From contig NIVC01004219.1 in assembly GCA_002269645.1 (NCBI GenBank), positions 1-54,327 of the forward strand: a stretch of DNA of 54,327 nt, in the 5' to 3' direction. The stretch comes from Macrostomum lignano (Eukaryota). The position numbers and the translations under genes are program-made. Below the pieces are notes generated by a model that worked only from the letters and a program-made list of their open reading frames with translations, had not been told where the DNA came from and did no database searches. The stretch's first letter is position 1; every line of letters starts with the position of its first letter. Below are positions 1 to 12,090 of the stretch, piece after piece.

Positions 1-510
1 CTGGAGGCACTAAATATCCCCACAGACTCAATCGGGAACTGGAGGCACTAAATATCCCACAGACTAATCGGGAACTGGAGGCACTAGAAATATCCCTCAC
101 GACTAAATCGGGAACTGGAGGCACTAGAATATCCCCACGACTCAATCGGGAACTGGAGGCACTAGAAATATCCCCACAGACTCAATCGGGAACTGGAGGC
201 ACTAGAATATCCCTCAGACTCAATCGGAACTGGAGGCACTAGAATATCCCTCACGACTCAATCGCGGAACTGGAGGCACTAGAATATCCCCACAGACTCA
301 ATCGGGGAACTGGAGGCACTAGAATATCCCTCACGGACTCAATCGGGAACTGGAGCACTAAAATATCCCACAGACTCAATCGGGAACTGGAGGCACTAGA
401 ATATCCCTCACGGACTCAATCGGGAACTGGAGGCACTAGAATATCCTCACAGGGACTCAATCGGAAACTGGAGGCCTAGAAATATCCCCAGGCAGACTCA
501 AACTCAATGG
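1..510. repeat. Tandem array, ~39-bp unit (CTGGAGGCACTAGAATATCCCCACAGACTCAATCGGGAA)
   Basis: About 13 copies visible. Many single-base indels between copies, consistent with noisy long-read consensus. Confidence 0.95.
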
Positions 511-1799
511 AACTGGGGAAATTCATTTACCTCTAAGTACTAAATAGATGAAAATATGCACAAATAAATAATGAAAAGTCTGACATTTTCAGCGCTATTT
601 TTAGTGCCAGGGAAAAATGTATCATGGTGTTAGGTAAGCCTTTTACAATGTGCTTTAAAGTGTATTAATATATATATATATATATTTCAATTATAATGAA
701 CAAAATTAGCAAACAAGCGAGCAAAAAGGTGCATATAGCTCATATAATATTTATTGTAAGCCAACAACCCCTGATGGACACGGCATTAATATAATAAAAA
801 TGTCTGTGACAAATCACTCGTGACCACTGATAGTGCTCATTAGCGCAAATATTCTCTAAAAAATAACAGTTATGTGTGCAATCCTAGGATTAATATACTA
901 AAATGATTAACACAGACCGATGCGACTACCATGGGCCTAGTCTAACTCAATACGCCAAGCAATTACAGCGCATGCATAAATAATTCCGACTATACAGCTT
1001 GGTTTTTAAAACAGACTCTGACGCAAGCTTTCACAATTTGACAGTGAATGAAGAAGCTCAAAAAAGAGACAAAGAAAGAAAACATACAAATTCATGTCTA
1101 CAACCTGGGGAAAACATTACTTTTTTAAATTCACACGCCAATAACTGCTGGATTTAAACCAATGAAATTCGTTATATTCGTTAGAAACTCGATAATTTCA
1201 AAAAATAATAACTTCATCCTCGCCGCTCTACTTAATACAAGAAGAATCTTAGGAAGCGAGCTGGAGGAGAAAAACTGATTCTGAAATGAAGACAAAGAGG
1301 TTGTAGCAAATATAGCAAGACAATGTAAACTAATGGTAGTACCGCCTAAGCCTGTGTGCAACAGATAGTTGGATAAACTCCAGAGCAAAATTGTCTTGCA
1401 TTAAAAATAATTATAAAATAGCAAAATATGACAATTAGCAGCAATAATAATAATAATAAATACAAATAATACTCGCACAGGAAAACTGATTGTAGGGTTA
1501 AGATTGCAACAAAACCACAACAAACTGTATTGCTTGGCAAACCATAACCAGAAAAATGAATACCTGCTGAATGCTTTCACCAGGGAAAGGGGAATAAGCA
1601 CAAAAACATAATTCTTTCTTTCATAATAAAAACGAACGCGGAAGACCCCTGCTGCGTTAGATAAATAATAACAAAATATTAGTGTGGACAATGCAAAACA
1701 ATAATTGAGTTCCGCTTCGATATGAAATTCGCGCGTCATGAACTGGGAGTGGGAGGTGGTGCGATTCCACTACTAATCGAAGCAATAATTGAGCCTCAC

Positions 1800-2300
1800 A
1801 TTAGGCGCTAATGACACTAATATTAGGCGCTAATGGAATCCATATTAGACGCCAATGACACCCATATTAGGCGCTAATGGTATTCATATTAGACGCCAAT
1901 GACACCCAGATTAGACGCCAATGACACCTATATTAGACGCTAATAACACCCATACTAGACGTCAATGACACCCATATTAGACGCTAATGGTATCCATATT
2001 AGGCGCTGATGGTATCCATATTAGGCGCTAATGACACCCATATTAGGCGCTAATGGAATCAATATTAGACGCTAATGACACCCATATTAGGCGCTAATGG
2101 AATCCATATTAGACGCTAATGACACCCATATTAGGCGCTGATGGAATCCATATTAGACGCTAATGACATCCATATTAGGCGCTAATGGTATCAATATTAG
2201 ACGCTAATGGTATCCATATTAGGCTCTAATGACACCCATATTAAACGCTAATTGCACCCATAATAGACGCTAATAACACCCGTTTAACGCTAATAAGGCC
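1800..2300. repeat. Minisatellite, 22-bp unit (TATTAGGCGCTAATGACACCCA)
   Basis: 22-bp periodicity seen directly (e.g. TATTAGG at 1997 and 2019). Confidence 0.95.
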
Positions 2301-3279
2301 GCTTTGGGTGCTAATAACAACCATACTTGGCGCCACTGACACACCAATTGTGGTGCGCTACTGACACACCCATTGTGGCGCCCCTACAAGCAATTATATA
2401 ATCGTAACTATTTGCACAAGTCTTACACGTCAAAAACTGGCTTCAATGAAAAAGCATGGAAAAGCAAACATGAAATGTTTAGCAATACATAAGCAGTAAA
2501 CCATGATAGAAATAACACAATAAAATTAGTTGAATACTCATAAGCCATCAATCTATAGTGTGCATGGTTGCTTATTATCAAATATGCATATACGGAGAAG
2601 CGTCTGTATAAACTGTCGAGCGTAAATGAGAAGAAAACAACAATGCAGATAAATGAATAGATGTGTATATATCTGTAAATAAATACAAGAAGATAAAACA
2701 GACAGACAGAGACAGAGCGACCAGATGGGCAAGGATTTTGAATTATTTCAGCGAAAAAATGACTGCATTTAATGGTATATATAATATAGATATGATAATT
2801 GTATACTTAAATTTATTAAACAGATTGCACCGCAGCTATGAAGCGTGCGAAATGGAGCAATACCAATAAGACTTACGAAACTATTATATTTAATTAATAA
2901 GATTATAAACCGATTGCCAAGCAAAGCCTAGAATAAACTAGAATACAATGGGCCACAAAATGCAAGAGACAAGGAGAGAGAGAGAGAGAGATTAATATGA
3001 TGCATTGCATAGATAGTTGCTATGCATTAGATTACTCATAGTAACAACTGAAGACTATAGCTTGTATTAAACACACTGTTTTTAGTAATGATTTATTTAC
3101 ATGACTGACTGAGCTCTGAATACAATAGTTTCATTGGTATGCACAATGATGACTTGAACTGAGCTAACTTATTACTTATTAGAAACAGCTGAGTTCCTTC
3201 TCGCATAGCAACAGAATTACTGCTTACGATTTCTACATGGCGATGGGCCTATTTCTACATTGTACGAGCAATGGCCTGG

Positions 3280-3696
3280 TTTCTACACGGTAATATGCCG
3301 GTTTCTACACGGTAATATACCGGTTTCTACACGGTAATATGCCGGTTTCTACACGGTAATATGCCGGTTTCTACACTGTATTGGGCCGGTTTCTACATTG
3401 TGATAGGCCCGGTTTCTACACGGTAATATGCCGGTTTCTACACTGTATTGGGCCGGTTTCTACATTGTGATAGGCCCGGTTTCTACACGGTAATATGCCG
3501 GTTTCTGCACTGTATTGGGCCGGTTTCTACATTGTGATAGGCCCGGTTTCTACACGGTAATATGCCGGTTTCTACACTGTATTGGGCCGGTTTCTACATT
3601 GTGATAGGCCCGGTTTCTACACGGTAATATGCCGGTTTCTACACTGTATTGGGCCGGTTTCTACATTGTGATAGGCCCGGTTTCTACACGGTAATA
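3280..3696. repeat. Minisatellite, 22/22/23-bp units forming a 67-bp higher-order trimer (core CCGGTTTCTACA)
   Basis: Three variant units cycle in fixed order, with a 67-bp period at 3421/3488. Confidence 0.95.
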
Positions 3697-4264
3697 ATTT
3701 TGCGGATTTTTGGAAAAATAATGGGCTAGAGAGCAATTTGGGAGGGTGGACAAAAAAGTATTTACTGAGAGAGAATATCATGTGCAACTACATCAATATT
3801 GAACCGAATAAGTCCTGCTGACAGAATAGCTAGCTGAACTGGATAAAAATTGCAATCACACACAGAGATTGAATACCAGGGCAACTTAATGCGTAATTTA
3901 ACAATGATAGAAGCGTCAAGAAATTCACAAACTGTTCTCAGTATGCAGCGCTGGGCGCGCACAAAATGGCATATATGTAGTACAGATAGAAACAATTGCT
4001 TGTAGACGCAAATGAGATGCCTGTCGCGCACATATTACACAGATATACACAATATATTGCTGCAATGTTGTGCGCAAAAAAAAGAGAAATAACTACTGCC
4101 AGAATATATGCTCGCAGCCCCAACAAAAATCCAACGTGGTTTACGCATATACTAACAAGAGAGAAAGGATTCGCTTCTAAATTAAGACTGCGGGGATTCC
4201 CGTGGGCTATTTATAGAAATATACCAGCGTTTGTTCATATTCATGTTCAGGTTGACGGTCTTGA

Positions 4265-4712
4265 TCACCGATTGCCAGCCAGTTTAATAATAAAATGAGA
4301 GAGCGAGCCGCCAACAGTGGATGCTGGAGCTGCTGGCGCTCCAACAACAGCCGGCATTGAAGCCGCGGCTAGAAACGGCTGCAACAGCAACTGAGGCTGC
4401 GGCTGCAGCAGAGGCTGCTGCTGATGAAGCTTCGGCAGCGAGATCATCGGCTGAAATTGCGACGCAGTATTGGCGACAGTCGACTTAGTCGATTGAAGTA
4501 CCCGGACGCGAGCACCGCCAATTGTACGCGTCTTGGATTCCTGCTGGCCAACAGCTGGAACTGGCTGCTGCTGCTGCTGCTGCTCGGCTGAGCCGGGCTC
4601 CGAGTTGGTGGGGCTGACCGGGCCGCAGGGTACACGCAGGGCCGACGGATTCAGCGCCAGACGGACCAGTGCCGAGGAGGACGCCTCCGATTCGTCTCCA
4701 TCTGCCGAGCTG
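4265..4712 (-). CDS. foxn2/3: FoxN2/3 forkhead TF, coding exon 4 (last; low complexity, Q/A/S-rich)
   Basis: Acceptor ATCCCAG at 4713 matches the phase 2 of the exon 3 donor. The frame stays open through ORF 4265..4447 to TGA at 4265-4267. Confidence 0.65.
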
Positions 4713-4759
4713 CTGGGATTTTATAACGGTTGGCTATTAATTGTGTGCCAATATGTTCG

Positions 4760-4865
4760 TGAAGGCGGACAAATAAACCTGCCAATGTGGGGTGAAGGTG
4801 ACCAAATAAACCTGCCAATGTGGGGTGAAGGCGGACAAATAAACCTGCCAATGTGGGTGAAGGTG
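4760..4865. repeat. Three copies of a 33-bp unit inside FoxN intron 3
   Basis: GAAGGCGGACAAATAAACCTGCCAATGTGGGGT repeated at 4761 and 4794, third copy following. Confidence 0.9.
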
Positions 4866-4915
4866 GCCGGCCAAGCAAGCGGATCCGAGAGCCCCCAGCC
4901 CACCCGACTACTCAC

Positions 4916-5529
4916 GCGGCCGCTGACTCTTGCAAGTCGGCCGCCGCACGCGAGGCCGCAATCAGCTTGGGCATTTTTGCCTCAGTCGGGCGGCACTGTT
5001 CGGCGTCGGCAGCGGAATCGGCGGCAGCGGTGGCGGCGGTTGTGGCAGCGGCCTCGTCGGCGGCCCGTTTGAACACTAGGCACAGAGCCTGAGCATCCTG
5101 CAGCCGAGACGGAGACACTGGCAGCGATGTTGGCGCCGGTGCCGGCTCCAGTTTTGGCGGCTTCGGCTTACCAGCAGAAGCGGCCGCGACGGCAGCGGTG
5201 GCGGCAGCCTCTCGTTTCATCTGAGTCATCTGGGCGGCGGCAACCAGTTCGTTGACTGACGGCATTCCCGAGGATTTGCCGCCACCAAGTCGACGATTTT
5301 TCTTCCTGCGATTGGCCGACTTGGCCAGCGGCAGCGGCCGGTACACCGGGGCGCTGTCTTTGCGAGGCCGACCGCGCGGCCGCTTGACTGGCTGCTCAAC
5401 TTCAACGTAGCCATCTTCCTCTTCGTCGTCGTCGTCGTCGGTGTTGGCGTCGGCGTGCTGCAGACAGTCGGGGTCGGACGCCTGCGGGGCGTTCATTGGA
5501 ATGGATGCGATGAATGGATTATGCACGAA
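4916..5529 (-). CDS. foxn2/3: FoxN2/3 coding exon 3 (acidic tract, AT-hook KRPRGRPRK, basic NLS-like RRKKNRR)
   Basis: Acceptor CCTCCCTAG|TTC (phase 0) and donor GC|GTGAGT at 4915 (phase 2). Includes ORF 4912..5526. Confidence 0.75.
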
Positions 5530-5555
5530 CTAGGGAGGCCTTGGACACTGCCGCC

Positions 5556-5877
5556 AAAGGGCCTGTCAACTTAAGCTCATAAAGTGGAGCCCGAGTAACC
5601 TATGAACACAAATGACACGTCTTTTGCTCACAGTGACACCAAGAAGCTGGGTTCGGCAAAAACGGACAAGAGTTAGAATTGGGATAGGGGAGAAAAAGCA
5701 ATGGGATGATTAGTGACTATTATATCGACTTAAGCTCTTAAAGTCGAGTCCCTAATTATGCTCTTGTTGTTAGCCCCCCCCCCAGTTTCTTGGCGTCACT
5801 GTGAGCAGAATGACGTATCATTTGTGTACATAGGTTACTCGGGCTCCACTTTATGAGCCCAAGTTGACAGGCCCTTT
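5556..5877. mobile_element. MITE with ~95-bp imperfect terminal inverted repeats in FoxN intron 2
   Basis: 5556-5650 (AAAGGGCCTGTCAACTTAAGCTCATAAAGTGGAGCCCGAGTAACCTATG...) is the reverse complement of ~5781-5877. No clear TSD. Confidence 0.8.
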
Positions 5878-6032
5878 AAGACGACAGTCGGACCCGCAGT
5901 TATGCCCAATCAGCTGATCTTTGAGCAGGTACGGATAGCCGTGTACAGGCCTGACAGTTGAAAAGCCAGACCCGCTGGCCGCCGAAATAGCCTCATAAGT
6001 CCTTATATAAAACAAGCATCGCTGACTCTCAC

Positions 6033-6767
6033 CTGATCGCCTAACAAGTGCACCAGGCGTCGCATCTTAGCCGCCAGAAACGGATAGAGATGCGCAGACG
6101 GCACCAGGTCCTGCTTGCGCGGAGTTCGACCCGCCTGCTGACGCTCGACGCCACCGTTGCAGGCGTCCTCGTCAGAGGCCTCCTTGGCGACGCCAGCCGT
6201 GCCACCAGCAGCCGAGCTGGCGGGGTCGAACAGCTCCAACTTCACGCGAGGAGTCTGTACACCGCGGAAGCTGTTAACATGCGGATGATACTGATGCAGC
6301 GTCGGAGTTGGAGTTGCCGCTGCTGATGTTGTCGCCGATGGAGCATCGTCGGGTGCAGCAGCGGCGGCGGCACTGGCTTCCTGGTGACCGGAACCGCAAG
6401 CTCCAGCGTCAGCAGCGGCTGGCGACGAAGCATCGGCGCCAGATGGCGTAGCGCCGGGATTGGCAGCTGCCGCGGCGGCGGCTAGCAGTGCGGTTCCCAG
6501 CAGGCCGCTGTAGCGCAGGCGGCCCAGCGTAGTGGCCGGGACAGCCGAGGTGGCGGACGCGACAGAGCCAGCAGCCTGTTGAAGCTGCTGCTGCTGCTGT
6601 TGCTGCTGACGCTCGCGGCCACCGCTGGCGCCAGTTTTATAAAGAGTCCCAGCTGTGCAGTACATCTGCACCTGAGCAAACGGATGATAAGGCGTCTTCT
6701 TTAACGCCTGAAGCATGCCGGCCCTGGCCATGGGATCCACTGTCCACAGGGAGCCTTTGATTGACAC
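6033..6767 (-). CDS. foxn2/3: FoxN2/3 coding exon 2 (end of forkhead domain KGSLWTVDP...QALKKTPYHP)
   Basis: Acceptor CAG|GTG at 6768 (phase 0) and donor CAG|GTGAGA at 6032. The peptide resembles FoxN3 KGSLWCIDP...QALKKTPYHP. Confidence 0.88.
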
Positions 6768-7504
6768 CTGATTGTTAATGCGGAATTGATAATGCGCAAT
6801 TAGTTCTACTATTAGTAGCTTATATAATTAATACCTTCGCAATGAAAGGTTAGGCGGCAAGCTTGAACGGAGAAAATGTCTATTACATAAAAATGAGCAA
6901 ATCTACAAAGTGTGAAAAAAATCCTAACAAACTATAGAATGTTGCGTCATTTTTGAGTACATTAATTTTGCTATTCCTATAATATAAAACAGCCGTAAGC
7001 AGGTATATAGAAAATACAAGATAGACAGACTAAGTTCAAGTCAACTAAAACCAGAGATAAAGAGAGACACACAGAAGACGAGCTGGTTTTCCTTATTTCC
7101 GAGCTAGTCCATATACTAAAAATAGAATCGTACGCAATGCTTCGCGTAGCCGCGAGGTCAGTCAGCTGGTATTTCCATTTTTTAAATGAAGCCTAACAAA
7201 CAAAAGCCAACCTGCGGCTTTTTTGTGAAGAGTTAGCACTAGAAAGTCTAGAATTTGCCAAATATATTTGCAAGAACAGTGATTAAAAAAATCATAAGCA
7301 ATTAAATCATTGTTATACGATTCGGTCAGAGGGTCATTGTAACTGGCTGTCAAAGCCAATAATTCTGTTAGAGCAGGCACTCAATTCGCGTATATCACAG
7401 AGTCACGAAGGCGCTACTTGAAGAAATAGGCGCTAAAAGCCATCATAGATGGCACTTTAGGGTCTCAAGTGGCGCCACTGCAAAAGTCACCAATTTTATT
7501 GTGT

Positions 7505-8985
7505 CAAGGGGCACCAAATTAGGGTGTCAAGGGGCACCAAATTAGGGTTTCAAGGGGCACCAAATTAGGGTGTCGTGGCGCCAAATTAGGGTGTCAAGGG
7601 GCACCAAATTAGGGTGTCAAGGGGCACCAAGTTAGGGTGTCGAGCGGCGCCAAATTAGGGTTTCAAGGGGCACCAAATTAGGGTTTCAAGGGGCGCCAAA
7701 TTAGGGTGTCAAGGGACGCCAAATTAGGGTTTCAAGGGGCACCAAATTAGGGTTTCAAGGGGCACCAAATTAGGGTTTCAAGGGGCACCAAATTAGGGTT
7801 TCAAGGGGCACCAAATTAGGGTTTCAAGGGGCACCAAATTAGGGTTTCAAGGGGCACCAAATTAGGGTTTCAAGGGGCACCAAATTAGGGTTTCAAGGGG
7901 CACCAAATTAGGGTGTCAAGCGGCGTTAAATTAGGATGTCAAGGGGCGCCAAATTATGATGTCAAGGGGCACCAAATTAGGGTGTCAAGGGGAGCCAAAT
8001 TATGATGTCAAGGGGAGCCAAATTAGGGTGTCAAGCGGCGCCAAATTAGGGTGTCAAGGGGCGCCAAATTAGGGTGTCAAGGGGCGCCAAATTAGGGTGT
8101 CAAGGGGCGCCAAATTAGAATGTCAAGGGGCGCCAAATTAGGATGTCAAGGGGCACCAAATTAGGGTGTCAAGGGGCACCAAATTAGGGTTTCAAGGGGC
8201 ACCAAATTAGGGTTTCAAGGGGCACCAAATTAGGGTTTCAAGGGGCACCAAATTAGGGTTTCAAGGGGCACCAAATTAGGGTTTCAAGGGGCACCAAATT
8301 AGGGTTTCAAGGGGCACCAAATTAGGGTGTCAAGCGGCGTTAAATTAGGATGTCAAGGGGCGCCAAATTATGATGTCAAGGGGCACCAAATTAGGGTGTC
8401 AAGGGGAGCCAAATTATGATGTCAAGGGGAGCCAAATTAGGGTGTCAAGCGGCGCCAAATTAGGGTGTCAAGGGGCGCCAAATTAGGGTGTCAAGGGGCG
8501 CCAAATTAGGGTGTCAAGGGGCGCCAAATTAGAATGTCAAGGGGCGCCAAATTAGGATGTCAAGGGGCACCAAATTAGGGTGTCAAGGGGCACCAAATTA
8601 GGGTTTCAAGGGGCACCAAATTAGGGTGTCAAGCGGCGCCAAATTATGATGTCAAGGGGCACCAAATTATGATGTCAAGGGGCGCCAAATTATGATGTCA
8701 AGGGGCACCAAATTAGGGTGTCAAGCGGCGCCAAATTAGGGTGTCAAGCGGCGCCAAATTAGGGTGTCAAGGGGCGCCAAATTATGATGTCAAGGGGCGC
8801 CAAATTAGGATGTCAAGGGGCACCAAATTAGGGTGTCAAGGGGCACCAAATTAGGGTTTCAAGGGGCACCAAATTAGGGTGTCAAGCGGCGCCAAATTAG
8901 GGTGTCAAGCGGCGCCAAATTAGGATGTCAAGGGGCGCCAAATTAGGATGTCAAGGGGCGCCAAATTAGGATGTCAAGGGGCGCT
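7505..8985. repeat. Minisatellite, 23-bp unit (GGGGCACCAAATTAGGGTKTCAA), with 414-bp (18-unit) block duplication
   Basis: Direct periodicity. The rare variant CGGCGTTAAA recurs at 7921 and 8335. Confidence 0.97.
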
Positions 8986-9588
8986 AGCGCTATATAGTAC
9001 TGAACAGGGGCATAGATTGCACAGAAAAAATAGGGAATCTCAGAGTTTAGCTCGGTATCAGTGATTGAAAGCTACCAGAGAGGTTTGTAAATATAAAAAG
9101 ACGCTAAATAGAAAAGCAGCACAAGAGCTGTGTTAAAATAAGATTAGAAGTAACACAGGGCACAGCACATGAGCTACTGGTGTGCAAGTGCAAACCTCTT
9201 CATCCTCGGCTGCAGAATCGCAATCGGCCACCTGAGCGCAGATGAGCAAATTTCATTGTAGAATTAATAAAAAAACAGTTTTCAAAGCGAACGGTTTTAT
9301 AACACTTCGGACAACACAAATTATTCAACTAAGCTAAAGCTGTATTTTACCGCGCGTTCATAACAATAACAGAAGCAACACAATAAATTATTTTTTTTTA
9401 AATTCAAGATTTGTTATTATGTTTTGTTCTTCGTAATTTCCGGGTTTGATATTCGGTAAGACTTATCTTTACCCATCACAGAACAGAAGAACGTACAACA
9501 AGGCTTTGACCTTCAACTCTTTTTCAACGATTTTTCAGACGAACCAAAAAAATACAGAATTGAGCAGGCAGGCAAAAATCTGAGGCAA

Positions 9589-9916
9589 AGTCAAAATTGA
9601 GCCCAAAACATTCAATCTCGGTTTCTCTAATCCAATTCCTTCATTTGAAGCCAAACAGCTCCCGCTATCGTCTATAAAATATGTGATACAAACACCCCAT
9701 CTTGAGGCTATTTATACCTCCATCAAGGCGGGGAAACACAGAGTGCTGGGGTGGGAGGATAACCTACTTGTCAACATTATTAAGAGATAACATAATGGGG
9801 GCATAACATTACATAGTATCATAACTATCGCTTCTATTCTGCGTGCATTTGAAGCTCCAAATGAAGGTATTGGATTAGAGAAACCGGGACCGAATGCTTC
9901 GGGCTCAATTTTGACT
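9589..9916. mobile_element. MITE with ~65-bp inverted repeats in FoxN intron 1
   Basis: AGTCAAAATTGAGCCC...GGTTTCTCTAATCCAATTCCTTCATTTG (9589-9655) pairs with ~9850-9916. Confidence 0.75.
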
Positions 9917-10010
9917 CTATAGTTCACACCCCCTTTTCTCACTAAATACTGGAATCATGCCTTGGCAACAAACAACCAAATTCAATTATCGAAGAAAAAA
10001 GCATACTCAC

Positions 10011-10898
10011 GTCGCGGAACACCTTGGTGAAACTTTTATTCAACGACAAATTGTGCCGAACGGAATTCTTCCAACCGTTGTTGGCGTGCCGGTAGTAGGG
10101 AAAATTGTCCTCAATCCATTGGTAGATCTTCTTAACTGGCAGGCATTTGTCTGGCGAAGCCTCCAGCGCCATAAAGATTAGGCAGGAGAACGAATAGGGC
10201 GGCTTCATCAGCCGGTCGGCCTGGGGATCGTAATCGCCGCTCAGCGCGCGCAGCGTGGCGCATAACGGCGACGGTGCATCGTTGGAAGCTGCGGCGGCCG
10301 CTGCCGCCACCGTTGACGCGCTGTCTTCAGCTGACTGCTGCTGCTGCTGCTGCTGCAACGGCGGTGGCTCAGCATCGATGGGATCGCAGCACAGCAGGCC
10401 AGCTGGCGACGGCTTCAAACTCACCAGCCAGTCGAAGTCGGCCAGCTCGCTGTCACCGCTTGGCGAGCCGCGCAAACTGGCGTAGCAGCTTCTGGACAGC
10501 ACCGGCTGCTGCTGCTGCACAGCCTCCGCTGACGCCAGCGAGATCGTTGGCTCCAGCTTGTTGGCTTCGCCAGCTTCGATAGCTTCAGCTCCGGGCACGT
10601 CGCGCAGAGCCCGCGACAGCGAGGCCGACGGATAGGAGGCGGCCAGACTGTCGGCCAGCTGCACTCGCTGGCGACGTCGCCGAAGCTCCTCGGCTGAGGT
10701 CTCCGGCCCGGAAGCCGACGAAGATTCCGGCGTGTCCGGCGGAGAGGCGATGACGGGAGGCGGAGAGCCGGCGTACAGCAGAGAGATCTCCTCGGGCTGC
10801 TCCTGGTCGCTTGAGCCATTGTTGGCGGGAAGAGCTAGAGCTGAGGACTTTCTGCCCACAGAATCTGCAGCTGCCGATGCCATCTCTGCAACATGCAT
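10011..10898 (-). CDS. foxn2/3: FoxN2/3 coding exon 1 (N-terminal region and most of forkhead domain)
   Basis: [38 protein letters not shown]...[16 protein letters not shown] is typical of FoxN2/3. LADFDWL resembles the FoxN LTNLNWL motif. Donor GAC|GTGAGT at 10010. The start may be ATG 10898 or 10883. Full model join(10898-10011,6767-6033,5529-4916,4712-4265) = 2685 nt. Confidence 0.93.
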
Positions 10899-11916
10899 AG
10901 CAATGATGCTTATTATGTTTAAGGTTTGGTTTCTAGCTTATTTCTATTAATAGTTAATCCTGACTTTACAACTGGTCAAGATGTCGTTGAGATTCAATAT
11001 GAGGTAAGACCTTGGTTGGTGAGGTCTAAAATTAGCCCTAACTAAGTTCTCTCTAGACTCTAGCATATTAGTCAGTGAAGTCAGTGACTCAATGACTAGG
11101 ACTGATAGCCTTCTACACATATGTAGCTATAATAGCTGCAACTACTCAGACTACTTAATAATTGGCACATTTAGTTATACATGCCTAACTTTGAAATTTT
11201 ACCCAGGCAATGCAACTTAGTTGCCTTTGGCTGCAACATGGTCTCTGTTTTTGCTTCTTTCTCTTTGTTTTCTCCTTCCCTGTCTCTCCTTTTCGCTCCT
11301 CTCTTGCCTTTTTTTCTTTCTTCCCCTCTTTTTGTCCAATTTTTGAAGTAGGTCGCCATTTTTGCAACTTACCTTGGCCAGACCTCTTGCCAACTGGACA
11401 AATAGGCCATGTGTTGGGCATGTATGCCTTTAGAACTATACTATACTACAGCCAAAATTAGTTACAAGAGGTTGGATTGTAACTAATATCCTAGTTCACA
11501 TGATATTAGATGCTAGAATTTTGGGATAATAGAAACAGAAACAGAATATCTAGCATATAAATATTTTGAAATTGGAAAATATTCATTTTTTAATTAAGCA
11601 AGATCATATTTTTGCAAGCAAAAATCAATTTAATACTTAAATAACCTAAAATAGTTTTAATTAAACTTGCTTTACAAATTAATTTACTAAGAATACAAGA
11701 TTACAAAGTCAAATCCAAATGATAAGTTATATAGAAAGCATTTGATAAATTAACTAAAATAGTCAATATTATAATACTATAGGAAATGCTACTTTAAAAG
11801 TTTAAACATTTACATTATAAGGAAACTTTATAACAAAGCATTTTAATAAATGGATATAGACATTGTAATATATATATTACAAATTGATCCAGTTTTAATA
11901 AAATCCTGATTTTGGC

Positions 11917-12090
11917 CAGTGGCATAGCCAGGGAGGGGGGGGGGCAGGGGGCCTGGGCCTCCTCCCAAAAATTCTGAAGAAAAAATTGCCCCTCCCCTGA
12001 AATTCCAGTGAAAAAAACCCACTTTCCTATACCCCTTCCTCTGGGTACTGAATGGCCCCTCCCAAAAATAAATTTCTGGCTGTGCCATTG
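11917..12090. mobile_element. Short MITE with CAGTGGCATAGCCAG-type TIRs and G/C-run interior
   Basis: CAGTGGCATAGCCAG (11917) versus CTGGCTGTGCCATTG (12076-12090), 13/15 inverted match. No TSD seen. Confidence 0.7.

Noticed and set aside
1-510. Repeat that might be mistaken for a CRISPR array
   Set aside because: Units are contiguous with no unique spacers, the context is eukaryotic, and there are no cas genes. The same applies to all other arrays.
1131-1739. Hydrophobic minus-strand ORFs (85-112 aa)
   Set aside because: AT-rich low complexity with no family motif. An unrecognised exon cannot be excluded.
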